A DNA stretch of 51,224 nt from Atractiella rhizophila (lineage: Eukaryota). Position numbers and translations under genes: made by a program. The DNA lies in the NCBI GenBank assembly GCA_021432655.1, contig MU271514.1, forward strand, positions 1 to 51,224, written 5' to 3'. The notes beneath the pieces were generated by a model, which worked only from the letters and a program-made list of their open reading frames with translations, was not told the DNA's origin and made no database searches. The number at the start of each line of letters is the position of its first letter. Positions within the stretch are counted from its first letter, which is position 1. This document shows, one piece after another, positions 36,398 to 49,729 of this stretch.

Positions 36398-38955
36398 ATG
36401 TCGTCTAATCCAACCACTTTCGGCGACAAAAAGCAAAGCCACACACCTCCAAACACCTCTGGTGTCACGCCTGCGAACACGCCCGACTCCACGCCTGTGA
36501 ACACTGGGATCGATGTCATTGAGCTGTCCTATGTCCAGAGGAAAGGAATTGCGCGCGAAACTCAGGGACGATTTTTTCGGGCCACAAAAGGGGAATTTCT
36601 CGCACGATTTTTCCAAGGATACGGCAATAAGTCCATATCTTCAGCTGAAGTGACAAAATGGATGAACACTATCAACAATAAGTACCCGAAGGAAACAGAC
36701 ATATACGATCCTATTGTGAGTTTTCAACATTCATGACTGCTAGCCTCAACATTCGGCATTGATATACACTTTTATAGATCGAACTTCTTAACGAAGTCTG
36801 CAAGGCATCCAACTTACGTTTCTTTAACGTTCACAAGGGCAGCGACCCGAAAGTGTCCTCTCTCAATCGACCAGATTTCTTCGCGGTCGACACGGAGGAA
36901 GTGCGGGGCACAAAGTGCTGTGGCCACTGTGACGAAGGACACCGCTTAGACAAAGTGTGTTGGCTGCATTCAGAGCTCGTTGGCGACTTCAAGTTGTTGA
37001 GGGACGAAGATCCATTCGACGAGAGGGTCAACCTGACTCAGAACCGTATAAAGGCGCTCAATCAGCTACTTTACTATCTCTTCAACATCTCCCAGACGAA
37101 GCATCGAACGAGCGCCCTTCTTATTTTCATCTTCAGAGGTTCCGGCAGGTTAATTCGATGGAGTCCGAAATGTGTCGTCTTCACTGACTTGTTTGATTTT
37201 AAGAACAAAGATGACACAGAACAGTTTTTACAATCTCTCAAGACTTTTTCTGCTTCCCCTCCAGCTGAACGAGGCATCAATCAACACTTCCAGCTGGCAC
37301 CAGAAGCCGATTGTGAACTCGCTCGAGAGTTCTTCAAGAAGCATGTGTCAAAGATCGCGGCGGCGGGTTTTAACGATCCAACCGAGGGTTCAGTAACCTA
37401 CTGGGAAATCGCAATACCGTTCTCGTATGCATGCAAGACTGTGCATAGTAGCCTGACGACACCCTCGACAATCCCTTCCATCCCTCCCACTGGATTATCC
37501 ACTCGGAAAGTCACTGCCATCCGATTGGGCGGATATCCCGGGTCTCTGTGCGGAAGAAATGCCAGGTTTTTTGCGGGATGGGACCGCGATGGGGACGAAT
37601 TTGTTTTCGTTAAGGCGAGCTGGGCGTATACGGGCAATGGTCGTCTGCCGGAGTCTGCGATTTATCAGGAGTTAGAGCAACGCAAAGCAAATCACGTTCA
37701 GAGAATGCTCTATGGTGGTCCTGCTACTGGTCGTGAATATTCAACGAGCAACTGGGAGTGCGGTGAACTGGCGAGTGAAAAATTGAACGGCCAGGCCCAA
37801 ACGGACATACTGAATCAACAGTTTCACCTCATGGCACTGCCATTCGTTCGCCCTCTGTCAACTTTCAAAAACGGGCACGAGCTTCTTGTCGGAATCCTCG
37901 GGGCACTCCAAGGTGAATGAAGAGATGTTCAGTTCCTATCCAACTGACTTCCAACTTTTGAGGTATCGTTGAACTGAACAGAGCTGGGATACTCCATCGA
38001 GACATCAGTACTGGAAACGTGGTTCTCACCTCCAACAACAAAAACGAGGAAATAGAGGCTTTGGTTCAAGACTTCGACGTCGCCATCAAGATGCAAGGAG
38101 ATGGAGATAAGAGTCGCGAGCGGACAGTAAGTTAGCGCTCTTTCACTCAGGAGCATTCCTCATTTTTCTAAGGGGACATGGATGTTTATTTCGGCCCAGA
38201 GGATTGCTGGACAAGAATCTCACACATTATCGGACGATTTCGAGTCGATCTATCACATGTTATCCGTCCTTACCTATGCACATATCACCGAAACAGTCAT
38301 CCCTCAGCTTGATTCAAAGATCATCGGATACCTTGGCAGTACGTCGGCAGACTTAAAAATAAACGATATGACGGGCCAAGCCAACGGCTTCAAAGAGGAC
38401 GAGATCATACAGATTGACATTTTTGGGCCCATCATAATTCTTTTTCGCCTTTTCCTATCTACTCGCTACGCGAGAAATCCAGATCCAAAAAGCGTTCGAT
38501 ATGATATAGCCAAAGAATGTTGCACAATGCTCGATCTTTCCGACATTGACAATCTGTTGACACCATTTTTGCAACGACCAACGGATAAGGAGAAAGCCAT
38601 TGAGAGCGCGCTTTGGCACAGGGGCAAAAGGATCAAGATAGTATTTGATAGCGAAGAAGCTTGTCAATGTCTGATCAATGTGATTAAGGCAGCTCTCCTC
38701 CAGTCGTCTCATGTCGATGCCCTAAAACGGATGGATCACTTACGACCAGATCTCCTTCTCCAATATATGGAAGTAAAGCCTAGCATCAGCAGCTTCACCG
38801 ATGTCAGCACTGGCAACGTCAGCAACGTCAACGGCAACAAAAGAATTGCACTGCAGCAAGCCGGCCCTCAATCAAAGGTCCAACGAACGGCTACAACTAC
38901 ATCTTCATTGTCCAAGCCAGACCCTCAAGCACCTACGACTACACGACTGCGTTAG
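36398..38955 (+). CDS. Fungal-specific protein kinase (FunK1 / Pkinase_fungal)
   Basis: VFVKASW, PLSTFKNGHELL, ILHRDISTGNV, QDFDVA, GTWMFIS, HTLSDDFES; RLIRWS..VVFT in the N-lobe region. Confidence 0.85.
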
Positions 38956-40331
38956 TTTTATTAAGGCGTCTTTCCTGCAAAAAAGGGTAGAAGTGGGAAG
39001 TTGTAACTCGCGCTGTGGTTGAAAAATGGTAATTCCTGTTGAAACTGGGGGTGCGTGAGCTCCCATTGCAATGCATAACGGCATCACGGGTCGTATAACT
39101 TATATCACGGGTTTGGTGCACTGTTACCCTTAGCTCTTTATTGCCTGGGCTGCACTGACATTTCACACCGGCTTTGACTGCCCATGCTGGTTGGTACCTG
39201 GGGACACAAGCATAAGAAATAGCGGCCCAAAGTCCTGAACACATGCCAGATTCCATATTCACCTCACTCCATTCTCTTCGTGCAGCGAAACCAAACACAA
39301 ACAAATTTACTCCAAACTCTTACACCTGAGACATCTTCAAGTCTGTGAAAACCTGAGCCAACAAAAGCTGGTAAGGAACGAATGGCGGACAACACGGTCT
39401 TTGAAAGAGATCCGAAGTTGGCGGAACAAACTCCTCAACTCAACCACTACCTTTGACTTTACATCGTCCTGTGCTCAATCTCTCGCCTTGAGCACACCGT
39501 CCTGTAGCAAAATTATTGTTCGTACCAATACCCAACTCCCAACAGAGCTTTTTGCTCCACACCAAAGCACCAATGTCCAACGTACGGCAAAGTATGCCAT
39601 ACAGTACCAATGTCGAGTGTTGGGAGAGCTGCATGCTCCATGTCAATATTCAATGTATGGTAGAACTGCATGCTCTATGCTACAAGTAACAACACCCAAT
39701 GCCCTGCAACGTGCTACGGGCCATAAAGTATTCAGACAGTCGAATAAAGTAACCTGTGCAATCCAACAACTCTGCTCGTCACTTTGGTTTGGATGCAGGT
39801 CAGAAGCGCTACTGCTCTTTGCCCTGAAGCGCCGAACAGCATTTGGGATGAGTGTGCTGCTCTGTCCTTTCTGTGGGCTCTTGCCGGCCCTGTTATCTTA
39901 CGCGGGGTCTTGTGCCCTGCCTGGACGAAAGCATTCAGCCCAGGCCCACGAGCGCGCACGATCTCCCCGCGCTAACCAGCTGGCGTATACCCCAACATCC
40001 TGTTCTTGTATACCATTGCATTGCTAGGCCACCGGAGAGCTGCTTGCAAAGACACCACAACCTCAAGACTTAGCTTCCGCCCATCACCAGCCGGGAACCT
40101 TCCTGTAGACGCGATCGACGAAACTTTTTGGTCTTTCCCTCAACCTCTCTCAACAGCTCCATCTTACTTTTATCCACTTTGAACGGCGAAGCGAGGGGCA
40201 AAGGAGAAGCATGGGAAAGAAGCGGAAAGCCTCTGAAGTCGTTCACGTTAGTCTCGTTGGTCAAGCTGTGTGGGACCCGCTGAGGTTATAGCATGTGATA
40301 GGACGAAGATGTGAGTACGAGCACTATACCT

Positions 40332-43300
40332 ATGGCCAATGGGAATGCGTTTCAACCTGTGGAGGGTGATGTTGTCGAAGCTAAAGTGGAGAAGCGGCGG
40401 AAGAAGAAAATTTCGGCTGAAGACCTTCACGAGCATGAGCGAGACAAACCTGTAGCTGAAGCAGGAGAAGGTAAGGGGAAGAAGAAGAAGCGTGAGGAGG
40501 AGCCATTCGATGCTGGGCTCGTTGCAGTTGAAGAGGATGGAGGCAATACCACGAAGCCGAAAAAGAAAAAGAAGCGATCTCTTCTGTCTGAGCCATCACA
40601 GCTGCTGCTGGCGAATGAGGAGGACGAACAGGCAGCTACGCCTACACCCTCTACCTCTAAAACCCGTTCTAAATCCAAGAGCAAGAAGCGGAAGCCTTCT
40701 GTTGTCCCATCTCTGCCTCCTACCGTCGAAGAACCGCTGGAAGAAGTTTTGGTAGAGGAACACCGGGTGGAGGAGCCTCTTCCTGAGCAGGAGGACGAAG
40801 AACCAGCTAGGAAGAAAAAATCGAAAAAGCGGAAGAAGTCGACTGGCCAGGAGGGGGAAGGTGAAGAGGAAGAGAGACCAAGGAAGAAGAAGAAGCGGCG
40901 TTTGGAGCCTCCTGAACCAGTGGAAGCTGGAGCTGACGAAACTGAAGGGGAGGAAGCTGAAGCGGAAAAGACAGATAAACAAGAGCGGAAGAAAGACAGA
41001 AAGAAGAAGCACGGGAAGCAGAAGAAAAAGGAGAGGAAAGCCGCTTTAGATCCTCCAACTCTGGAGGAGTTGGATGAACCCGCCCTCTCGCACAATGAGC
41101 GCACTCCGACTCCGCAACTGGAGCGAAAACCCGCTTCGCCTCCTGTATCTCATCCCGATCAACGCGAGCCGACTCCGACGCCTACTCTGGCCAAGGAGAA
41201 GAAGAAGAAGAAGAAGAAGAAGCGGAGAGATCCCTCTCCTCCTTCATCCTCTCCTCTAGCCCCATCTCCACCTTCTGAACAGTCACCTGAGCCCGAGCAG
41301 CTTGAGGAGCCTCGGGATTATGAAGACATGACACGGGACCCTGTTTCTCTTGTAGATGCGGAAGAGGATGCCGAAGAAGAGGTACCTCGGACGAAGAAGG
41401 GGAAACGGAAAAAGGGAGATGAGAAGAAGAAAAAGAAAAGGCGGAGACCGGAGGAAGGGGAGGCTGAAGCCATGCTGATGGAAGAGGAGGTGCCTTTTGG
41501 GAGCGAAAACGAAATGACTGCCGAAGTGCAGGACAGTTCTCAGGCTGTAGCAGAGGATCTCATCGCTCCTGCTGATGAAAATGAACTAGGAACGAAAAGG
41601 AAGAAGAAGAAACGGAAGGGGAAAGAAGGGGAGGATGGACTGCGTCTTGATGATGGGGAACAGGATTCTATGATCCCTGTAGAGCGAAAGACAAAAAAGA
41701 GGAAACGAAAGGACACTGTAGCGTCTGAAGCAATGATGGACGCGGAGGAGCGGGGAGCTGAATCACCACCAGCCAAAAAGAAGAGGAAAAACAAGATATC
41801 TCGTCCATTGATGGAGGAGGACGAGTCTGTCCAACAACCGATTCCTGTTCATGAGTTATCTGTGGAGAACCAAGATCCACTCGTCCCTCTTTCAAAGAGG
41901 GCAAAGAAGAAACTGCGCAGGAAGAAGGGGAGTAGCAGCGTTGGTTCGTCTGCCTTTCTTTCATATTGTCACATTCAACTGATGGGTATGCGTAGATCGA
42001 CTTCCTTCACAGGCCACGCCGCCCTCGCTTTCGATTTCTGCCATCATGTCCAAATCACCGAGCACACCAGTTCAACCCCATGCTGTCTCTCAACGCAATA
42101 AAGGGGTTCAAACTTCGCCCCATCTCGCGAAGGTCTCTCGTCGCGACATTGGGGTGCAAACATCCCCCAATCTAGGGAAATCGACGCTTCACCGTTCCAC
42201 AGCTACACTCGGAGGTGATGTGAGACATGGTATCCAAGAGTGGAAAGAGGGAGGAAAGGCCACTTCGACGCGAGCTTTCTCTTCAAACGAGGCGTCTCAC
42301 GTATCAACGCCAAAGCAATCAATGTCAGAGTCTAGTTCGGAGTCGGAAGAAGACGAGGAGGACGAGCTGCAGTCACCCAAGAAACGGATAACTGCTGCTC
42401 GTCCCCTGTCGTCTCTCCAGCCTACGGCGACGAGAAGCGTACTACAGAAGGATATGGACGATATACCTGATGAAGTTTTCGGAAATCTCTTGCCTGCTTT
42501 CAAGTTGAATGGCCCGAGAAGAAAGTCAGACTTTGGCTTGGATGACTCGGAGGATGAGATGGCAAATGGAGAGAAAATGACACATGAGCGGGAGCGTTCA
42601 AAACCGAATGGGGAGATAGCGCAAAACAGTAACCGATCATCATCTGAACCGCGAGAACAAAAAAGTGCAGCCTCGTCGTCATCTCCAACTCCTCAGCCTG
42701 AAACTGCAACAGCATCATCTGCTGCCAAGGGCGAACAAACCACAGAAAAAGCATCATCAGATGAAGGGGCTGAAGTGTTCAGCACTCCTCTTCCCACCCA
42801 ATCCTCAATCCATAACGCTTCAAAACTTGTGCCAAATACATCTTCCCAAGTGGATGAGGCCGCCATCGAGGCTCTCATGCGGAAGTGGGACGATGCCGAT
42901 TCCCGCCCCACGAACTATAACAGGACAGCCCCCTCTTCTAGCTCCAGCGACGAATCGACGGACGAGGAGGAGGAGGAGCGAAAGCGGATTTCCAAGGAGA
43001 GAATGGCAGAGTTGGAGAGGAACGCGAAAAAGGTCGAGATACTGGATGCGAGCGAGTTCGACCGTATTGCTAGGCAACTGGAAGAAGAGCAAAAGCAGAG
43101 TAAGATGGGGTTGAGGGAGATGTTGGGTGCTGAGGCTACTGAGGAGGAGGATATTGAGGAGAACGCGAAGGAAGCGAACAACCGAATTTCGGACAGCGAA
43201 AACGAACGGGAAGAGGGAGCGAGATTCACGAAGAGCAATATCGAACACCGATACGACGATTCTTCGGAAAGCGAGACTGGAGCAAGGCCTGGAGGCGACG

Positions 43301-44400
43301 AAGATAGCGAAATAGATGTGGCTACAGGTCCAATGGTGGAGTTTGATGACATAAATCCAGAGTGTGAAGCAGCGAACGATGTGACTCCAGATCCTTTACC
43401 GTCCGGCGCCAATGCCCAACAACCTCCAAGGGATGCATCTGGAGAAATAGGTCCTAAGTCACACATAGAGGAGCGAACACAGGATGCCTCTCAACCTAAG
43501 CTCAGAGATGTTGCTTTGATTTTGGAAGAAGACTCTCAATTTGTCCATCCTCCACAGTCTGAAGACGTCGAACCGTCTTCCGTCCAGAATGACGAGATAC
43601 CGTCTTTTGAACAAACTCGAAAGGGGGCTATTATCGTTCCCCAGATGATTGTGGTCGAAGCTCCCGCTCCCAAGGAAGACGATGAGCCTCAGGCTCTCGC
43701 CTCGAGTATATCTCCAGTGCAGGAAACAGAAACTATTTCCGAGAATAAGGAGGCAATGTCATCCACGACGGAACTGCCACATTCTGTCAACCTGGATTCA
43801 GAAGTTGCAATGACACCGGACCAGCCAAGCCATCTCTCAAATGGGAACAACTTACAATCGCCAGTTCCCCTTGGCGTTCAGACCTACCAGGAACAGAGTA
43901 GCCAGTCACGTCCGCTGGATCGACAAACGCCTCCACCACTATCTCCCACGAGAAGCAATCCGCCACGTTTTGCAGGTGTCGTTATCAAAATTCCGACTAA
44001 CAAAGAATCAAGTCATTCTCCAAAACGACAAAGTTCCGAGACCTCGCGTCGCGCTGAGCAGAATAGTGGTCAACAAACTAAGCTCGGTATGTAGTCCTTT
44101 CAGAAAATGAGCTTTCTGACATTTAAGTAGACCGGACGTCGTCTCAATCTCAGGAGTCTGGCGCTCACTCGTCTTTGCTGGAGGGTAACTTTGGTTTCAG
44201 CCGTTCGTTGCACAATCCTCAAGAACAAGGCACGCCGACTTTGAAAACCCTCGAAACGAATGGCCTTGAAACAGAGACTACACCAGTGGTGACGGAACAA
44301 CCACTGTTTTTTCCTCAGACTCAGTTGGACACTATTCGGCAGGAGAGTCCTTCAGAGCCAGATAGTACGCCTGTGCAGCACAGCCCAATCCTGTTTTCCC
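40332..44400 (+). CDS. Large disordered Lys/Glu-rich protein (poly-Lys clusters); last 130 codons lie mirror-reversed at 48210->47818
   Basis: Long ORFs 40311-42101, 42046-44094 and 44175-44400 joined by short introns. The frame continues LFS|QVEAQVHSPISQ...SSSEEDSE* when 48210->47818 is read backwards without complementing. Confidence 0.75.
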
Positions 44401-47400
44401 GCCTAGATTATTTCTCTAGCACAGCGAGAAAACGCAGTAATCCATAAGTGGTTGAAGTTAAAAAAAGCTAACTAACTATTGTTCTTACGAAGTGAGAGTA
44501 CGCGACTCAGATGTACCAACGTAGGAAAGTTACGTTACACCATTTTCTACATCGTACTCGTTGCTCTTGGTCTCGATTCAACGTATCGGTAAACAGTTTA
44601 CTCGGAACCCTCAAGATATGAAAATGAAGTTCGCAGAGTAAGACATAGTCTTATTTCTTTTGATCTTATACTCCTTGCTCCTGGACAGGACCTTTCTCAC
44701 GACACCGTGTTTTTTTTTTGGATAAAATTTATAGTTATACACGATTTGCAGCAGGGACTTTTGGTAGCGTCAGTAACAGAAGCCCAAATGCAACAGTTGG
44801 AAAGTCCTTCCACACGCGACTATGATTAAGAATCAGTAATGGGCTGGGTTTGCCTTTAGGTGATCTCCGTCGTTCTTTGACAATGTGGAAAATGTTCGCT
44901 GAAGTCAGCCGCCTGCCCGTGACCTCGCCAAATATGCTACCTGGTCCACACTATAGTAACCAGCAGTGTTACTTTACTCGACTGGTCATACTATCTTAAG
45001 AACTACACACCACCGTATAAGAAACAAAACCGCCCCTGACTGTCCTGCGTCGGGTCCCTAACAAAAGCGTTACATGTAGTGCTTTTGTGGCTAAGGTCTC
45101 CTCACCTCCTAACTTTAAAGCGCTATAGAAAAGTTGTGGGTTTCTTTCCCCCTCTTCCTGTTAGCACCTACCCCTTACAGTCAATAAAGTAGCTAAGAGA
45201 AAATATACGATATGATTATGTCGCCACAATCTGTATAGCTCTCAGTTAGTTGACACAAGCCTTGTCGAGACTTGATGCAACGATACGCTTATAATCCGCA
45301 CCTACGCCTTCTCCTTACGTACCAAGTTCGAGCACCTTGTGATGTACGTGACCCAAACACGAAGGTCAGTAGATTTTGACACAAATTGGTCGTATCACGT
45401 CCGCCTCGATGACCGCAAGGAAGTACCCCTTTTAAGACCGAATCAGAGTACTTGGAAATGCTTACCCTACCACAGTCAGGACATGGTGGTCTCGACACCA
45501 CCCAACAGAAGAAAGCAGTGATGGTACAATAATTAAGGTTACTTTTTCCGAAGACGGTTTGGAGGACGGGTAGGTAGGAACCGCAACCATACACCTAGGA
45601 GGAATACGCACCGCTCGATTGGCCACAGGACCTCCACCTAAGTATGTGCCTTACAGATGTAAGGGCACCCGATAGATACGCCTGAGGTCATATTTTGCGG
45701 AAATTGCGGTAATGAGCTCTTTTAAGCTCTCCTCTAAATGCAGGTTAGTATAAGTCTCTAAGTGACCGGGTCAACAGCGTGAATGCAGCGGGGCTATCTG
45801 GAAATAAGAGGTGTATGTTTTTGCCAGCTACGGGAAAAGAGAGAAAATCCCGAGACCCTATTTACCTAGACGGGAAGCTAACACTCTTTCTTTCCTGAGC
45901 TCCGCCGTATGTTCGAGTAGCAAATGCTTCTACTCTTGTGCGGAATGGTCTGCACGCAAAGGGAGTGAACAAACGCATCCTTGACTCGTAACCGCGTCGT
46001 AACCCGGACACAGGTTCCATCCGTTTATGGGCGGTATTTCGTTCCTAGACTACCTATGATTTTTCCGAAAGTTGTACCACTCGGCCAAGCAGCGCCTCCC
46101 TCTCGTATCACTTCGACAGGCCAACGTAGCACTCTTCCAAGCCCTAAAATACCACTCACAAAAGAAGAGACTGTCTTCAAACACAATTCAAAACAAGCAA
46201 TCACCTACAGAGGTTTTCCTAACCACTACTGTCCCTGGTTACCAAGTGTTGACACCCTATGGCCATTCGTTATCACACAAATGAGTCGGAGGGAGAGTGT
46301 CATGTTGGTCGCAAGTAGTGCGTTCGTGAGCAACTGTGCCCCGAACGTTGGCTAGGTAGTTTGTTTTTCAGGTAGGAGTTTCGAGTAGTTACCGAACTGC
46401 TAACGGTTTAGTTTCTGTTAGGCTTTGTAATGGTAAGACGTATGGCAGTCCGAAGCTTTCCACGAACCGGCAAGTCGTGGTCCCTCGTCAGAATATGGCA
46501 AAGGCTGTGCTGCCGACTTCCAAACTTTAGACACGACAAAAACGTCCTCTTCGAATCCATGCCCAAGCAAGCAAATGTTCTCTGTAAAAACTCGTACGTA
46601 TGGTCAAAGCAGGGGTTCAGTTATAGCTTCGTCTCCGAAACGCTATGACAGCTACAGGAAGACAGGAATGTCTTACGACTACCTCCTAAAAGCTCAATGC
46701 TCGGGTAGGCGCCTGGGGAGAAAACACTTACCGACTTAACACGACTCCAGAAACCCACTCAAAAGGGTGTTAGTATAGCGACCACCCGGAGTCGGCTTAA
46801 AGGTCCTTATAGTACCAACTTATGAGAATAGGGCCATGCAGGAACCAATAGCACGCTATAAGTAAATAAATAAATAGATCTCACATGTTTAAGGCAACAA
46901 TGACCAGATCAGGTAAAAGCCTCCTGCATAGGACTGATGTCCTTCCTGCTATAGCTCATTTAAACAGCAGACGCTCTCTTCCACAATGAGTGGGACAGAA
47001 TGTCACATAGTTACTTCGCACGATATAGAATGTAAGTATCGTTCGTTGCAAGTCCAGTCAAAGACTGCTGAATACCTACGGCTGACGAGTGGCATATCGT
47101 CTACCTTCGACCATGCCAAGTACCCGTTACATGTAGCAAAGTCTTATAATAGAAACCAGACTGATCTCGACGACTAATCAACAAAATGAATGCGGTACTA
47201 CAAGCGGAACCTCAGCAACCGAGAACACCCTCTTTGTATACTGTGATCACTGTCTCACGCGTTCCGTACAGTCAAAGAGGATAGTTTCGTCTTCGGCCTA
47301 CCACCTACCCCTCTTTCGATGGAGCACTCAACTTAAATGGAGAGGTCTTTTTACGACCCTAATTATCGTACAACATCTCAACGCTCGACGTTCTCATATG

Positions 47401-48210
47401 CGTTGTGGTTCTAAGTGTTCAACAGGTCTGGTCAACCCGATAAGATAGGAATAACGTGCGTTTCACGGGGTTGGTACTACGGTAGTCCTCACGTACGTTG
47501 AATTAGTACTCGTCTGTTGCCGGTCTACCCTCGAAATTTGTTCTCCGCTAACTTCCCCAAAAGTTATTTTTAACGCGTTAACGTATCATGCAAAGAAAAG
47601 CTGAAGTGTCTGCACCGATTACAGCTACGAGTCAGGATTAATGTTCAAGAGTACCTGCTAAACCCGAGACCCTGCTCGCGTATTCCTCGAGCGCTTCCTC
47701 TTTACCATTTCAAAGCCCAATCCGACATGGTGAACAGTATTATAAATGTAACTCCCTATTAGATTACGACGTACGACCATATATAAGGTACTCTCACGTG
47801 AATCTCGGTTCGGCAACAATGAGCGACAGGAGAAGACTCCTGCTGACAACATGACGTAGAAGGGAACAGTGACTATGAAACAATGATGACGCGCCCTCCA
47901 ATTTAAACTCGAGTAAGCAAAATTGTGCCGAACGTTCGACACGATTACTTCCAGAGACAGCGACTCTCTCGGCGACGCTTTCCGCGTGTCTAACGCCCCC
48001 CTGAACTCTACTTAGAACATCAACATCGGCACGTCTGACAGAACACCATGCGCAACGACGAGCACTCAGGCTGACAAAAACGACACTTCTAACAGCACGG
48101 CAGGCGAAACGTCCTCTTCCCCCTCCTCTGCGACTCACGCTGCCACTAACTGCTCCATTTCCATACCTCTCTCCAACTCTTTATCCTCTCACCTGAACAC
48201 GAAGCTGAAC
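44400..48210. other. Mirror-reversed (reversed, not complemented) 3.8-kb segment next to gap
   Basis: No meaningful ORFs in six frames, but the simple complement read left-to-right gives a complete intron-exon structure of lanosterol synthase. Confidence 0.97.
44835..47709. CDS. ERG7: Lanosterol synthase / oxidosqualene cyclase, exon 2 to stop, encoded in mirror orientation (read complement left-to-right)
   Basis: The complement translates to [127 protein letters not shown]...KW*, with canonical GT..CTRAY..AG introns. Confidence 0.95.
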
Positions 48211-48211
48211 G

Positions 48212-48743
48212 NNNNNNNNNNNNNNNNNNNNNNNNNNNNNNNNNNNNNNNNNNNNNNNNNNNNNNNNNNNNNNNNNNNNNNNNNNNNNNNNNNNNNNNNN
48301 NNNNNNNNNNNNNNNNNNNNNNNNNNNNNNNNNNNNNNNNNNNNNNNNNNNNNNNNNNNNNNNNNNNNNNNNNNNNNNNNNNNNNNNNNNNNNNNNNNNN
48401 NNNNNNNNNNNNNNNNNNNNNNNNNNNNNNNNNNNNNNNNNNNNNNNNNNNNNNNNNNNNNNNNNNNNNNNNNNNNNNNNNNNNNNNNNNNNNNNNNNNN
48501 NNNNNNNNNNNNNNNNNNNNNNNNNNNNNNNNNNNNNNNNNNNNNNNNNNNNNNNNNNNNNNNNNNNNNNNNNNNNNNNNNNNNNNNNNNNNNNNNNNNN
48601 NNNNNNNNNNNNNNNNNNNNNNNNNNNNNNNNNNNNNNNNNNNNNNNNNNNNNNNNNNNNNNNNNNNNNNNNNNNNNNNNNNNNNNNNNNNNNNNNNNNN
48701 NNNNNNNNNNNNNNNNNNNNNNNNNNNNNNNNNNNNNNNNNNN
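48212..48743. other. Assembly gap (N run)
   Basis: Run of n. Confidence 1.
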
Positions 48744-48946
48744 TCTTCATCTGTCATCTCCTCCTCCTTTCTATCTCTAACACGTCTCTTGTCCTCCCTC
48801 CAGACCTCCTCATACGCTCCTCTCTCCTCCCCTTCTTTCTCATTCCTCACATAAAACCAATTGTGTCTTCCGCTGTCCGACGAGTCCAGACGCCAATTTT
48901 GGATGCGCGTTTGTCCCAGTGGGCCTGGCGGATACACTTCTGCCAT
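48744..48946 (-). CDS. ERG7: Lanosterol synthase exon 1 (normal orientation, runs into gap)
   Basis: MAEVYPPGPLGQTRIQNWRLDSSDSGRHNWFY matches the OSC N-terminal WRL...GRxxWxY motif; the strand agrees with the un-mirrored rest of the gene. Confidence 0.8.
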
Positions 48947-49729
48947 AAATTGAGGAGTTCTATACGATATTCTAAGAGTAAACTGAGAAAAGACTGAAGA
49001 AAGGGATGAGGAAAACTCGATGGAGGTTTATATGGAGAGTCTAGATCTGCCGTCACGTTCCCGCAACGGGTTTGTGGCGGGTATGCGCATCAATCATGGC
49101 GAGTGTCCAACGGATCCCAACTACAACGACAAGATGTTTACAGTATTCACGACTGAAGGCTCCACTAAGTGTGGCCAGTTTCAAGTCGTTGTGGATGTGG
49201 CCTTGAAGTTTTATTGAATACTAGAAATCTCTGAATGATCTGTTGTAAGAGGTGTTTTGGGTGCTCTCAATCCATTCCTTCAGAGTTTTGACTGGGAGAG
49301 CGTCCGATTTGGAAACGTGAAGGTACTCTGATAGGCTAATGTGCCATTATGCTATGAGGTTGCACTTGGACTCCAACTCTGCAACAAGAAACGGAGTTAT
49401 TCAAAAGAACCATTTACAACTCCAGCAACCACGAACTCCACCCAGCTCCAAATCTTCCCTAAACGGCACCGGTATAATACGGCTCTTACTGAGTTCCTTA
49501 TGATATTTCAGTGGATACAATATTTCTTTGATTCAGCGCTCTCAGACAGCCCTCGCACGTGAGTGGAGAGCGTGAGAGCGCCTTCCGCCGCGATGACGTC
49601 TTGCCTTGCTCAATTTAGCAGCCAATGTTAATAAGAGTCTTCCTCCTGGTATTCGTTCCCATCTTTTCGCTTGAGTATCAGCTTGTGCGAGCTACATAGC
49701 ATATATTCACTTAAAACAGTTGCACGATT

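Noticed and set aside
39401..40027. 208-aa ORF
   Set aside because: Non-ATG start, no motifs, composition not gene-like.
44450..48200. Short six-frame ORFs, or a foreign/viral insert, in the odd-composition region
   Set aside because: Fully explained as mirror-reversed host genes; the listed ORFs are spurious.
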